A DNA stretch of 26,692 bases from Promethearchaeota archaeon (GCA_048939625.1 JBHLPH010000024.1:1-26692); one strand, 5' to 3'. Counted from the first letter of the stretch, positions 1 to 9,610 are shown. Made by a program: numbers and translations. Notes: a model not told the origin generated them from the sequence alone.

Positions 1-67
1 TCTTTTATTCAGTTCAAAGATTATTTATGTTCTGATTTTAGCGAAACGCTAATATTACTCACAAAAT

Positions 68-1030
68 GTGAGTAAATTACGTATGCCAATTCCCACACAC
101 CCCTTTCAAGAAGAACTAATTCAAGCCGTAAACCACGTTACACCAAGTGTTGTCAGCGTAAGCACAGTTGCGTTAATGCGAAATTATTATCGTGTTCACC
201 CCGTTGGCGGTATGGGTTCAGGCGTTGTTTTAGATGACCAAGGGCACATCATTACAAATCGCCACGTAATTGACAAAGCACAACGAATCTCAGTAGCTGA
301 CGTCAAGGGTGGCCGCCATGATGCCACGTTACTTGGTGGGGATCAGCTCATTGATATTGCCGTACTCCAGGTTGATGATGGCATCCTTGAACCAGCCACG
401 TTAGGTGATTCTGATGAACTCCAAGTTGGCCAACTTGCAATCGCTGTAGGCAATCCATATGGGTTCATCTTGGGGGGTCCTACAGTGACAACTGGAGTGA
501 TTAGTGCGGTTAAGCGTCAAATTCAAGCAAGGAATATTGTGTTGGAGAAGCTAATTCAAACGGACGCCGCCATCAATCCAGGAAATAGTGGAGGTCCATT
601 GTGTGATATTACCGGGTGTGTTGTAGGGATTAATACGGCGATGTTGCCATATGCTCAGGGGATTGGGTTTGCGATTCCAATCAATACCGTGAAAGAAATC
701 GCAAAAGAAATCATTGAGTTCGGTCATGTGCGACGCTCTTACATAGGTTTCTTTGGTGTAGGAGTGAACCCTCAGATTGCTCAGACTTACAAGCTAGCAG
801 TCACTGAAGGAGTGCTCGTAGCCCAGGTTGTGGATTCTAGTCCGGCGTCCCGTTCTGGTCTCAGAGAAGGGGACATTATCGTTGCGTTTGATGAGGAGAA
901 AATTACGTCGATGGGGGAAATCCAAGAACGATTACGGAAACGACCAGTTGGCTCCATGGTTGATATCACGGTCGTTCGGAAAGGATCTCAGAGCATACTT
1001 CGACTTACTCTTGGGGAGGTTCCAGGGTAA
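68..1030 (+). CDS. htrA: HtrA/DegP-family trypsin-like serine protease with one C-terminal PDZ domain
   Basis: Motifs GSGVV, ITNRHV (His), DIAVL (Asp), IQTDAAINPGNSGGPL (Ser), then PDZ (SPA..SGLREGDII). No signal peptide. Start may be ATG 83. Confidence 0.93.
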   Translation: MSKLRMPIPTHPFQEELIQAVNHVTPSVVSVSTVALMRNYYRVHPVGGMGSGVVLDDQGHIITNRHVIDKAQRISVADVKGGRHDATLLGGDQLIDIAVLQVDDGILEPATLGDSDELQVGQLAIAVGNPYGFILGGPTVTTGVISAVKRQIQARNIVLEKLIQTDAAINPGNSGGPLCDITGCVVGINTAMLPYAQGIGFAIPINTVKEIAKEIIEFGHVRRSYIGFFGVGVNPQIAQTYKLAVTEGVLVAQVVDSSPASRSGLREGDIIVAFDEEKITSMGEIQERLRKRPVGSMVDITVVRKGSQSILRLTLGEVPG

Positions 1031-2174
1031 CATCTTCAGCCTCATCAGAGAGAGGGGTTTGTAGTGGTTTTACTTCAAATGATGACTCATACCGAGTAAT
1101 CGACACAATGTAAAGCAAGATGAAGAAATAGACCACATAGAAGGCGATAAGGATTGTATAGATTAGGAAACCATTGGGAGAGAACGCATACGCGACTCCC
1201 ATTTCGACTAATACCTGAATAGAGACGAGGCTTAAGGCAACAATGAGATAACCGATAAGCCCAGGGATGATATTGATACGGGATTTGACTTTTAGGGTAA
1301 GCACCCAGCGCTGTGGGGGATCTCGGAAGTAGAAAAATAGGGCAAGGGCGCCTACGATGATGCCGATAAATAAGAGAATTAGCAGGATAGCTGAGTAGAT
1401 TAACAGGAGATTAAGGTCATTGATGCTGATTAGAATGAGTTCTGTAAAAGCGACGGCATTGATGAAACCGTGAATGATCATTGGGTAGATGACATTTTGG
1501 GTGAAGACATAGACAAGCCCGAGCATCAGTCCAATGGTAAAGGTTGTGATAAAATGGGTTACGACATAGCCAGGGCTTCCGTTGATTAGATCGTTGGGTA
1601 CATGTATTAATGCAAAGCCTAGACTTGATGTAATGACTGCTGCTGTTGGAGCCATCCCACGTTGTTGTAATGATGGTATAAGCATGCGTCGAAAAATGAG
1701 TTCTTCAAACACGGCGGCACCAACGGTGGCTGTGGCAAAGAACAAGGCAATGTTCCAGGGATTTGACAGATGTTGAGGTCCCAGAATAATATCGCCGTAG
1801 GAGTGTTCAATGGGGATTCCTAAGGCGGCGGTAACCAAAAATAATACTAAGGCTAGGCCCATAGCGACGGTTAGAGCAAAACAGGCTACCCCTAGCACTT
1901 TGAGTGTGCGAAATACTGTCGGGGTTCGAGTGGCTACTTTTTGGAGTTTAAAATATGGGATAAGGAAAAACAAGGTCAAGATAATTCCGATGATCTGGCC
2001 AACAAGGTTCATTTGAATCGAGGCCATGATGGGGTCTGGAATAATGACTGGTACAAAGAAATGAAACATAATCAGTGATAGAGCACCGATTGAGAGGACA
2101 AGAAGCCCAATTATGATGATAATGGCGGGACTTAAGAAGTTGAGAAGGCCTTCATCGCGTTCCTGAATTTGCAT
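1005..2174 (-). CDS. CPBP/Abi (CAAX protease, Rce1-like) intramembrane glutamic endopeptidase
   Basis: Multi-TM protein with EELIFR, FALIH and HGFIN motifs. ATG 2174 chosen because an AGGTG RBS precedes it; the ORF extends to 2213. Confidence 0.88.
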   Translation of the reverse strand: MQIQERDEGLLNFLSPAIIIIIGLLVLSIGALSLIMFHFFVPVIIPDPIMASIQMNLVGQIIGIILTLFFLIPYFKLQKVATRTPTVFRTLKVLGVACFALTVAMGLALVLFLVTAALGIPIEHSYGDIILGPQHLSNPWNIALFFATATVGAAVFEELIFRRMLIPSLQQRGMAPTAAVITSSLGFALIHVPNDLINGSPGYVVTHFITTFTIGLMLGLVYVFTQNVIYPMIIHGFINAVAFTELILISINDLNLLLIYSAILLILLFIGIIVGALALFFYFRDPPQRWVLTLKVKSRINIIPGLIGYLIVALSLVSIQVLVEMGVAYAFSPNGFLIYTILIAFYVVYFFILLYIVSITRYESSFEVKPLQTPLSDEAEDVTLEPPQE

Positions 2175-2243
2175 TTGATTGCACCTGTACTGATTCCAGG
2201 GTTGTCTCGGCATAAAAAGGGGTTACTCGTTTAATTCGTTCGA

Positions 2244-3077
2244 TTACGGCAGCATATTTGCTGTTATGGTAAGTTTGGGTTTGACTTTGACCTGAATGGT
2301 ATTTTCAGGTTTGGTTGAGGGGACGCCCAAGTAGGGGTTGCCATCAGCGTGATCGACGCGTCCATCATAGGTTTTTTGGACGAATTCTGGGTCCTTCCGA
2401 TGAGATGGTTTCACATCAAAGTGTGTTTCGAAGACGAGACTTAATTCGATGGGGAATTCGTCTCTTACCTGGTAAGGCGTTGTGAAATTATTCATCCACT
2501 TGTCGAAGAATGTTCGCATATGAAACGTGAACTGGGTTGTACTTTTTCCTTTGATTGCTACCGAGGCTTCAGGAAAACTTCCCATGTTCGGTCCCTCATA
2601 GATATGCCCTAGGAGTTGGCTGAACCCCACCGAAGCAGAAGCGGGTGTTAAGGCTGGATCATAAGCTACATCAATTATCACATCGCCATTAGAGCCGTTG
2701 TGCACCTTGGCAGTCCATTGGGTGAGATCGCGACTAATATTGAGTTGGTCAAACCATTTTCCAGGATGGAACCAATGAAAGGTAATCGCATCCAACCCAC
2801 AATCTTTGGGGAGTGATTGGTGGCCTAATTCGATATCGAGTAGGCTTTCATGGTAGTCTTGTGGGAATTCAAGTTTCCCTGTTTTATCGAGGAGATAATC
2901 ATAGTATTCGTCTCCACCTTCCACCATACTCCGAGCGACATAGACCCGGACGCGTTGATTTGCTAGGGGGCAGCTGTTGGCTGTGAAGGCAAGCGACAGA
3001 TTGAGGAAACGAGGTTGATGGATGAGATGAATTGCTTTGTCATAGTCTTCTTGGTCCCAGTAGGCTAGCCGTGGCAT
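2244..3077 (-). CDS. Hypothetical soluble protein (277 aa)
   Basis: Long ATG-initiated ORF filling the gap between neighbours. No motif recognised. Confidence 0.7.
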   Translation of the reverse strand: MPRLAYWDQEDYDKAIHLIHQPRFLNLSLAFTANSCPLANQRVRVYVARSMVEGGDEYYDYLLDKTGKLEFPQDYHESLLDIELGHQSLPKDCGLDAITFHWFHPGKWFDQLNISRDLTQWTAKVHNGSNGDVIIDVAYDPALTPASASVGFSQLLGHIYEGPNMGSFPEASVAIKGKSTTQFTFHMRTFFDKWMNNFTTPYQVRDEFPIELSLVFETHFDVKPSHRKDPEFVQKTYDGRVDHADGNPYLGVPSTKPENTIQVKVKPKLTITANMLP

Positions 3078-3225
3078 AGTAAGCTCACTTTACTCCGTCC
3101 GTTGGTTTCACCGTATGCTCCCAAGCAGGTGAATGCCTTGACAAAGCTCTGGTTCTCTTGAAAAACCTTAACCTTCAAAGTAAAATCAGTGGAATTCTTC
3201 CTGAAAACCTCAATCACAAGGACAT

Positions 3226-3774
3226 TCATTCATCTATATTGTCCAGGATTAATGGAGCTAACAACAAGAAGGGTTTCACTGTATTCATACCTGTCTTGGC
3301 ACTTGTTTCAATATATGAGAGATGGTATCCAGCTGCAAAGTCCTGGATTTGCTCGGCTGTAACCACTGGTCGTAAATCAGCCTTGTTACCCACGAACACA
3401 ATGGGAATATCCCCACAGGCTTGTTTTACTTCTTTCACCCAGAAATCCAATCGATCAAAGCTTTCAGACCTTGCTAGATCAAAAACGACCACCGCACCAC
3501 GGGCACCTTTGTAATATTTCTGTCGTACAGGACCGAAGCGTTCTTGCCCTGCAGTATCCCAGATTTGCAATCGGAGCGTGTTATCACCAATATTGATATC
3601 TTGAACAAAGAAGTTAACGCCTAATGTGATGATATAACTCGGATTGAAGATCCCTTTCACATAACGTACAATGAGACTAGTTTTGCCGACTGCAGCATCC
3701 CCTACTACTACGACTTTAGCGCGGTGTGTATATGTGGGTTTATCGGATTGATATCCTGTCGGAGGTGTGCTCAT
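3226..3774 (-). CDS. Rab-like small GTPase
   Basis: G1 GDAAVGKT, G2 T-LGVNF, G3 WDTAGQERF, G4 NKAD, G5 ETSAK, plus RabF-like RLQIW and YYKGA. No C-terminal Cys. Confidence 0.95.
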   Translation of the reverse strand: MSTPPTGYQSDKPTYTHRAKVVVVGDAAVGKTSLIVRYVKGIFNPSYIITLGVNFFVQDINIGDNTLRLQIWDTAGQERFGPVRQKYYKGARGAVVVFDLARSESFDRLDFWVKEVKQACGDIPIVFVGNKADLRPVVTAEQIQDFAAGYHLSYIETSAKTGMNTVKPFLLLAPLILDNIDE

Positions 3775-4589
3775 AAGAGTTCCATCACAAGTTTTTTCTG
3801 TAATTCATATTCTTCGATGCGTGCTTGTTCGGATTTAATAAGGGGAGCGAAATACTCAAAGAAAAGGGTTTCGTAGCTTTGTCGTCGACGAGTTCTTCGA
3901 GCTATGGCGATGAACTCCTTCAGAATTATGCTTAGAATATCTACAAGGCCTCTCAGCTTTACACGTTCAGGGTCAACTTCATCAAAGGAGATGATTCCAT
4001 ACTTATCAACGCTGACCGGTCTAAGGGCAGGATCTGCATTAAGATGGATAGACAGAATTCGTTGAATATCGGTGAAATACATTTCACGGGTACGGTCGGT
4101 GATGATTTTTTGTAAGGTGATATTGTAAAATTGAGTAAAGATATCAAAGAGGTCCATCACTTTAGCTGTGCGGAGAGTAGCTTCGCCGGTTTCCCAGTGA
4201 GAAATGAGGCTGTCGACTAATTCATCAAAGACTTTCGCCCGTCGGGGATCATGTTGTGTGACCGGAATATGTGAGGAGGCGTCAGAAAAGTTCTCAAGGA
4301 ATCGATTGTGAAGCATGTCTAAGTAGTCGCTGAAGCGGGTAGGATCATCGGCTAAATCGGTGATGAAAACGAGGAGTAATCCGTTTTCTTCATCGACTTT
4401 GAAGAAGAAGCGGGAATCCCTCATGGTTACCATGTCGACATTTTGGGAGGTGATTTTCAGGGCTAATAGCTCAACGCTAGCGAGAAGTCCTGAAAGCAGG
4501 GTAGGATTGTCAGAGACCTCAACCCATGTTCGACTATACAGCGGTTGTCCGGAGTCCCAGGCAATGACGTAGAAACTGTGAATAGCCAT
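3771..4589 (-). CDS. Longin-like domain protein with C-terminal helical extension
   Basis: N-terminal pattern IHSFYVI..SGQPLYSR....LLSGLLASV..LA, followed by beta strands and a helix (L..LH.RF...F), is typical of longin folds. Its stop overlaps the GTPase start (ATGA). Confidence 0.7.
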   Translation of the reverse strand: MAIHSFYVIAWDSGQPLYSRTWVEVSDNPTLLSGLLASVELLALKITSQNVDMVTMRDSRFFFKVDEENGLLLVFITDLADDPTRFSDYLDMLHNRFLENFSDASSHIPVTQHDPRRAKVFDELVDSLISHWETGEATLRTAKVMDLFDIFTQFYNITLQKIITDRTREMYFTDIQRILSIHLNADPALRPVSVDKYGIISFDEVDPERVKLRGLVDILSIILKEFIAIARRTRRRQSYETLFFEYFAPLIKSEQARIEEYELQKKLVMELL

Positions 4590-4665
4590 ATCACTCTACC
4601 CGAATTAGTGGAATCCGTTGTCCAAATCAAGAAAACGTAGCACCTGTTCTCCTAAATAAACTGTA

Positions 4666-4683
4666 CCTAATTTACTAATTAGG
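4666..4683. promoter_or_regulatory. Palindrome CCTAATT-tact-AATTAGG in the divergent longin/GNAT promoter region
   Basis: Perfect 7-bp arms seen directly, just upstream of a minus-strand TTTATTTA box (about 4653-4660). Confidence 0.35.
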
Positions 4684-4893
4684 CGGCTCTGATTTTTTGA
4701 GAATCGTAATCAAATTGCAGAGGGAATTCAATTGTAATCTCATTGAAATTAATGAATTTAATGGGTTCTTTCGGTTTTTAAGACCGACAAAAAACAGAAA
4801 ATCGCGTATGACCAATAAAGTCGCAATTTACTAGATAATAGCACAACAATAAAAAATGTGACCAGCTATCGCTTCCTCTCACAGGTGTTTCAT

Positions 4894-5649
4894 TTGTCAG
4901 ACCAAAATACAATTGCAACTATTGAACAGACAGCAGCGCGTGCTTGGCCTGCTCAACATACAAGCCAATATGGCGGATGGCTCCTCAGGGCAACAGAAGG
5001 CGTAACACGACGTGCAAACAGCGTGTTACCTCTTGGCACGCCAGGCGATCAACACCTCGATATCGCCTTGGAAAATGTCCAAAACTTCTATCAGCAACAT
5101 AACTTACCCCCACGGTTTCAAATGACGGCAGCTAGTCAACCCTCCGAATTGGATACTTTCCTCGAATCTGCGGGATTCAATATCGACATGCGGGTAAAAG
5201 TGTTGACTGTCCCTGTGGCTAGTATCCTGCTTGTAGAGCCTGAAGTCGGGATTGTAGTCTTTGGATCCCCGTGGAATGACTGGTTTAATGCATATCAGAA
5301 AGCAGCAGGCTTTGACAAGAAACAAATGCGAGTACGACAGGGAATCATTGAACGTGTTCCGACCGAGAAAGCGTTTGCCGCAGCTATCATGGATGAACAT
5401 GTCGTGGGAGTTGGTCTCGGAGTCTTAGAAGATCAATGGCTGGGTTTGTTTTCACTCGTGACGGAGTCTAACTATCGACGGCAGCATGTGGCCTCTTCTA
5501 TTACACAGAGTCTAATTGGATGGGGACTCAGCCGCGGGGCAGAGCAGAGTTACCTACAGGTTGAGACTGAAAATGAACCTGCGCTGAAATTATATCTGGG
5601 GCTCGGATTTGTAGAAGCTTACTCGTATTGGTATCGTGTTAGCCCGTAA
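4894..5649 (+). CDS. GNAT-family N-acetyltransferase
   Basis: N-terminal AWPA...GWLLR...GVTRRANSV and C-terminal acetyl-CoA motifs (YRRQHVA, YLQV...NEPALKLY..LGF). TTG 4894 follows AGGTG; the ORF is open from 4858. Confidence 0.9.
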   Translation: MSDQNTIATIEQTAARAWPAQHTSQYGGWLLRATEGVTRRANSVLPLGTPGDQHLDIALENVQNFYQQHNLPPRFQMTAASQPSELDTFLESAGFNIDMRVKVLTVPVASILLVEPEVGIVVFGSPWNDWFNAYQKAAGFDKKQMRVRQGIIERVPTEKAFAAAIMDEHVVGVGLGVLEDQWLGLFSLVTESNYRRQHVASSITQSLIGWGLSRGAEQSYLQVETENEPALKLYLGLGFVEAYSYWYRVSP

Positions 5650-5857
5650 TCGTCGTTTGATAAACTAGTGCCAATTGTACCAGGTTATTTGTTTCACATT
5701 GTTGTAGTGATTTTCGAAAAATCAGGTTTAGGGATATTACTGTCAAATGGGTTACATTTTCTCGAGTTATAGGGTATCTATAGCTAGACCTGGCTGCCAA
5801 AATCGAAACACTCAAAGCACACCACTAGACAAAGCTTACTCGTTGGAGGTTTTAGTT

Positions 5858-6262
5858 GTGAATGTTGAGCAACGTATTGAGGCACTCATCAAAGAACTCA
5901 GTAAACCAGGTCGTGAAGCCCTCCAAGCCAGTACCGCGTTATCCGAAATCGGTGCACTTGCTGTGATTCAACTAGTAAGGACCATCAAAGAGGAAGATGA
6001 TGATTACACTCGAAAGCTTGCGGCACTCTCTTTAGGCCGCATTGGTAAACCAGCGATTGATCCCCTCTTAGAGACCCTACAAAGTCAGGATGCCGACGAT
6101 CGACGCTACGCTGTAGAAGCATTGAGTCACATCCGATCTGAACCCCGTGTTCTCGGTGCCATATTTCAAGCACGGAAAGACCCAGCCGAACAGGTTCGAC
6201 AAGCTGCCTGGCGTGCCCTTGAAAGACTACCTGCACGCCATATGGAAAAGCGCATGGCGTAA
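5858..6262 (+). CDS. HEAT/PBS-lyase repeat protein
   Basis: Repeats of R..AA.SLGRIG.PAIDPLLE.L...D...R..AVEAL. GTG 5858 follows GGAGG. Confidence 0.85.
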   Translation: MNVEQRIEALIKELSKPGREALQASTALSEIGALAVIQLVRTIKEEDDDYTRKLAALSLGRIGKPAIDPLLETLQSQDADDRRYAVEALSHIRSEPRVLGAIFQARKDPAEQVRQAAWRALERLPARHMEKRMA

Positions 6263-6619
6263 ACGAATTATCCACTACGCTTTGAACTAGGGCAATTATT
6301 GAGTCGGAGCCATTTTTTCGAAATATAGTGAATATTCTGCTTTAGGCTAAGATTTTGGATGTTTACAGAGTGCACTTGCACACGTTTTTGTGATGTGAAA
6401 CCCCTGTATTTTCGATGGGTCGAAAACTGAGAGATGGCTACATTATGTTAATTAATTAACTAAACATATAAAGAGTAGTAAGCATATTAAATATTTATAA
6501 TGGTTATACAAATATAATAAATATACAAAAAATAAAAAGACAAATAACCAACAAATATTTTCGATATACCGAACACAACACACGAACAGGAAGCAATGTA
6601 ACGATCAAAACACTCTAGA

Positions 6620-6644
6620 AAGCCAACCAAACCACCCCAAACAC
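6620..6644 (+). repeat. Left arm of an imperfect inverted repeat flanking the HNH gene
   Basis: AAGCCAACCAAACCACCCCAAACAC compared with the reverse complement of 7377-7402 (AAGCCACTAAAACCCCACCCCAACAC). Low complexity. Confidence 0.35.
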
Positions 6645-6650
6645 ACAAAA

Positions 6651-6686
6651 TTCTATGATGTGAAATGTCTGTTTCAATTCATAGAA
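6651..6686 (-). terminator. Hairpin immediately downstream of the HNH gene
   Basis: TTCTATGA...TCATAGAA outer stem with TGAAA/TTTCA inner stem, followed on the minus strand by TTTTG. Confidence 0.4.
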
Positions 6687-6693
6687 CTGGAAA

Positions 6694-7275
6694 TTAAGTT
6701 TCGTCGAGGGCTGTTTGCTGTATTTTTCTTATGTATAGGCCAAGTTCTTTCATTTCTTGGCTTGAAAACCAGAGACCTTTGATTGAATTACAGACATAAC
6801 AGATTCTTTGAATATTATCTATGTCATACCCCTTTTGATTATCAATGCGATCTATTGCGAAACCACAAAGTTTCTTCTTACCTCGTATTCTTTGGAATTC
6901 CTTTGACTCCCTTTCTGTCAACCCGCAATAGGGACAGATTCTCGAGTCAGCTTTACCGCATTTTTCATCCCATTTTCTGAACTCTTCGAATGTGATGTGA
7001 AATGGAGTCCCAGACCGGGTAGATCTTCTTTCAACGGCCTGATACTGAATTTTCAATCGACGAATACCCTTGTATGCTCTTTTATGACGAATAGAAGAAC
7101 AAGATTTACATTCATTGGTAAACCCCCCATATCGGTTTCTACTCTTATGGAACTCACTTTCAGGAAGTAATTTCTTACACAGATAACACTGTTTAATACC
7201 ATCCAGCCCATATGTAAAATGCCTTTGAAGCCCTTCAGAAGTATCCGATTTTGCGTCGGAGTTCATGTTATTCAA
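6694..7275 (-). CDS. HNH/His-Me finger endonuclease with N-terminal Zn finger (phage-like)
   Basis: CYLC...EFHK...CKSC zinc finger, then CPYCG...IDRIDNQKGYDIDNIQRICYVCNSIKG (DR variant of the HNH core). Confidence 0.82.
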   Translation of the reverse strand: MNNMNSDAKSDTSEGLQRHFTYGLDGIKQCYLCKKLLPESEFHKSRNRYGGFTNECKSCSSIRHKRAYKGIRRLKIQYQAVERRSTRSGTPFHITFEEFRKWDEKCGKADSRICPYCGLTERESKEFQRIRGKKKLCGFAIDRIDNQKGYDIDNIQRICYVCNSIKGLWFSSQEMKELGLYIRKIQQTALDET

Positions 7276-7376
7276 TATTTATTCGGATTAGAAGTTATTA
7301 ACCCCAAAAAGTAGTAAGAGCACTGAACTAGTGATGATTCCAGGCAATATCTATGTGCAAGTTGCCTTTGAGAGCG

Positions 7377-7402
7377 GTGTTGGGGTGGGGTTTTAGTGGC
7401 TT
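7377..7402 (-). repeat. Right arm of an imperfect inverted repeat flanking the HNH gene
   Basis: Shares AAGCCA, CCACCCCAA and CAC blocks with 6620-6644 in inverted orientation. Confidence 0.35.
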
Positions 7403-7871
7403 ATCGGGGGATCCATTTGCGTACGCGTTTTTTGTAGGTGAGGTATTCGTCGCCGAATTTGGTTTCCAGGAGTTCTTCTTCGCGTGAGGCGAGGTAGTTG
7501 TAGGCGATGATGACGGCAAGGAGAGGGATGAGGGTGAGGAGTGAGAGGGTGGTGATCCAGAAGGCGGCGTAGAGGAGAATGGAGCCGAGGTACATGGGGT
7601 GGCGGAGGTGGGCGTAGACGCCGTGGTCAACAACGTGGGGCTCAGAACCTTCGAAGACGATGTGGGACTTGGACATCAGGTACGCGGCTACGATGAAAAC
7701 GGGAATGGCCGTTGGGATATTGAGGAAGAAGGGAAAGTAATAGACATAGGCTGTGAAACGGAAAATGAAGGAATCCAGGATCCAGACGATAATGAAAAAG
7801 AGGCAGAGGCCGAGTTGAATGGTGTGGCTGCGTCGAGCTTCGCCAGCGGAGTGAGTGTGTTCATGGGGCAT
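7401..7871 (-). CDS. Isoprenylcysteine carboxylmethyltransferase (ICMT/PEMT) family membrane methyltransferase
   Basis: GVYAHLRHPMYLG and EEELL...FGDEY..YKKRV.KWIP motifs with TM helices. Confidence 0.9.
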   Translation of the reverse strand: MPHEHTHSAGEARRSHTIQLGLCLFFIIVWILDSFIFRFTAYVYYFPFFLNIPTAIPVFIVAAYLMSKSHIVFEGSEPHVVDHGVYAHLRHPMYLGSILLYAAFWITTLSLLTLIPLLAVIIAYNYLASREEELLETKFGDEYLTYKKRVRKWIPR

Positions 7872-7966
7872 GATGATCACTTCAACATTTAGGCACACCT
7901 AAACCAGCTATATAAGGTTTTACCATCAGCCGCTCGCCTCCGAACCACATGAGAGTCGGCACGAGG

Positions 7967-8248
7967 CTAAAAACTTGCGGAAGGGCTGGTCGAGTAAAGT
8001 AAAAGGATACCCAGGATAAAACCGAGTATAAAGAGCACAATTGAGATGATGCTCCCATAGGCAGAAAAGAAGGCGACAAGCCCAAGCATCATGACCATCA
8101 TAAATTCAGGCAACAATTGGTAGTTTGCGACAATGAAGAAGGGAATGGACCAAAAGGCGATCCCAAAACAGATTCCAAGGATAATGGCAGTGATGGGGCG
8201 GGTGATTCGTCGGGCAATCATTCCAAGGGCATCATTAATGGCTTGCAT
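7967..8248 (-). CDS. Small hypothetical membrane protein (93 aa)
   Basis: About three hydrophobic segments. ATG preceded by GTGA. Confidence 0.65.
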   Translation of the reverse strand: MQAINDALGMIARRITRPITAIILGICFGIAFWSIPFFIVANYQLLPEFMMVMMLGLVAFFSAYGSIISIVLFILGFILGILLLYSTSPSASF

Positions 8249-8415
8249 TGGGTATCACGTCTGACAATGCTTTGTTGTAAGGGATTATTTAACTGTTCAT
8301 CCTATGGCACTTGTGCGTGTGCAAAGTCGCCTTGAAAACATACTTCAGTCCTAGTCCAGAGTTCGTAAGAGACCTTACTTGCACACAGTAAAACAGGGTT
8401 TTAGTTGTTACTCCA

Positions 8416-8598
8416 TTATGTAGTATCTTCTTCAGGAATATCGGTTGTCTCTTTGCAGAAGAAGGAGAATAGGAAACAGACGCCAATCATAAGTGGAAGC
8501 CAGAGCCAATATCCGAAGGTGATACTTAGAATGACCCCCAGAATTGCACCTATAAGGATTGCAATGAGTACATTGCGATGACTGGTCAATTGTACCAA
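8416..8598 (-). CDS. Small two-TM hypothetical protein (60 aa)
   Basis: Hydrophobic hairpin with acidic tail. AGGAGG upstream of the TTG start. Confidence 0.6.
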   Translation of the reverse strand: MVQLTSHRNVLIAILIGAILGVILSITFGYWLWLPLMIGVCFLFSFFCKETTDIPEEDTT

Positions 8599-8693
8599 TG
8601 AAGTTTTGCCTCCTTGAAGGGACTTTTGAATACTCTCATCTTTTATAATATTATTTCAAATGATAGAATTGCAGGATTTTGTGGTGGGATTGA

Positions 8694-9386
8694 ATGGAAT
8701 CACGATATAATACGACTAATCTTCGAGTGAAGCTGCGTGAATGGGGGGCTTCAATCGTGGGCTTTGCTTCGCTTGCGGGGCTGGTTCCGTATCCGTTGGA
8801 TGAATTGGTGTATGGGGTGAGTATTGGTGCTAGGCTTTCTGAGAGTATTGTAGATGAGCTTGTCATTGGTCCAACTAAAACTTATGCCTATCATTACCAT
8901 GCGATGAACAGGTACCTCGACAATTTAGCGATGCGCGCTATGAGTTGGCTTCAAGCGGCAGGCTATCGAGCGTTTCCTATTCCAACCTCACAAACAATCA
9001 ATATCAAAGATCAGGAAGGGCTTTTATCGCATAAAATGGTGGCCACCCGGGCAGGGTTGGGCTGGATTGGCAAGAATGCATTGCTGGTTACCCCGAAGTT
9101 TGGTCCACGACTTCGATTAACCTCAGTGTTAACTGATGCACCGTTCAAGACGGGAAAACCAGTTGAAGAGAGTTCGTGTGGTGATTGTCAGGCGTGTGTG
9201 AAAGCGTGTCCTGTGGCAGCGATTCGTGGTCCAAATTGGTCGGTGGAATGTAATCGAGATTATCTGCTTGATGTTGATAAATGTGCAGAGAAGATTGATC
9301 AAGGAAAAGAGGAGTTGGGCGCTCCAGTCTGCGGGGTATGTATACAGGCGTGTCCAAAGGGACTTGATCGCGCTGAGGTGCAGTAG
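8694..9386 (+). CDS. Epoxyqueuosine reductase (QueG)/reductive dehalogenase-like double 4Fe-4S protein
   Basis: SHKMVATRAGLGWIGKNALLVTPKFGPRLRL motif, CGDCQACVKACP and CGVCIQACP. Confidence 0.85.
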   Translation: MESRYNTTNLRVKLREWGASIVGFASLAGLVPYPLDELVYGVSIGARLSESIVDELVIGPTKTYAYHYHAMNRYLDNLAMRAMSWLQAAGYRAFPIPTSQTINIKDQEGLLSHKMVATRAGLGWIGKNALLVTPKFGPRLRLTSVLTDAPFKTGKPVEESSCGDCQACVKACPVAAIRGPNWSVECNRDYLLDVDKCAEKIDQGKEELGAPVCGVCIQACPKGLDRAEVQ

Positions 9387-9610
9387 ACTGACTTTGTGGG
9401 CTGATGAGTTAAAGAATGTGAAAAAGCGACAATGGAGTCCCCAATCCCAAGGGGTCACCGTTGGTTTCACATAGATTGTGGCTTTTTCGTAACGGGAGTT
9501 CGAACATTAATTACTCAGGCTTTGGGTTTTATCATTTGTGGGCCTTTGCAATTATTCTCTTCATTGTTGAGGTCTTTCTGTTGATGGTTGAATGCTTTTT
9601 GTGATACGCG

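Noticed and set aside
7323-7360. CTGA-acta-GTGATGA resembling D'/C' boxes
   Set aside because: Terminal C and D boxes are missing.
7328-7892. Alternative-frame ORFs 7328-7633 (Ser/Pro/Thr-rich) and 7599-7892 (acidic)
   Set aside because: Shadows produced by the skewed codon usage of the ICMT gene.
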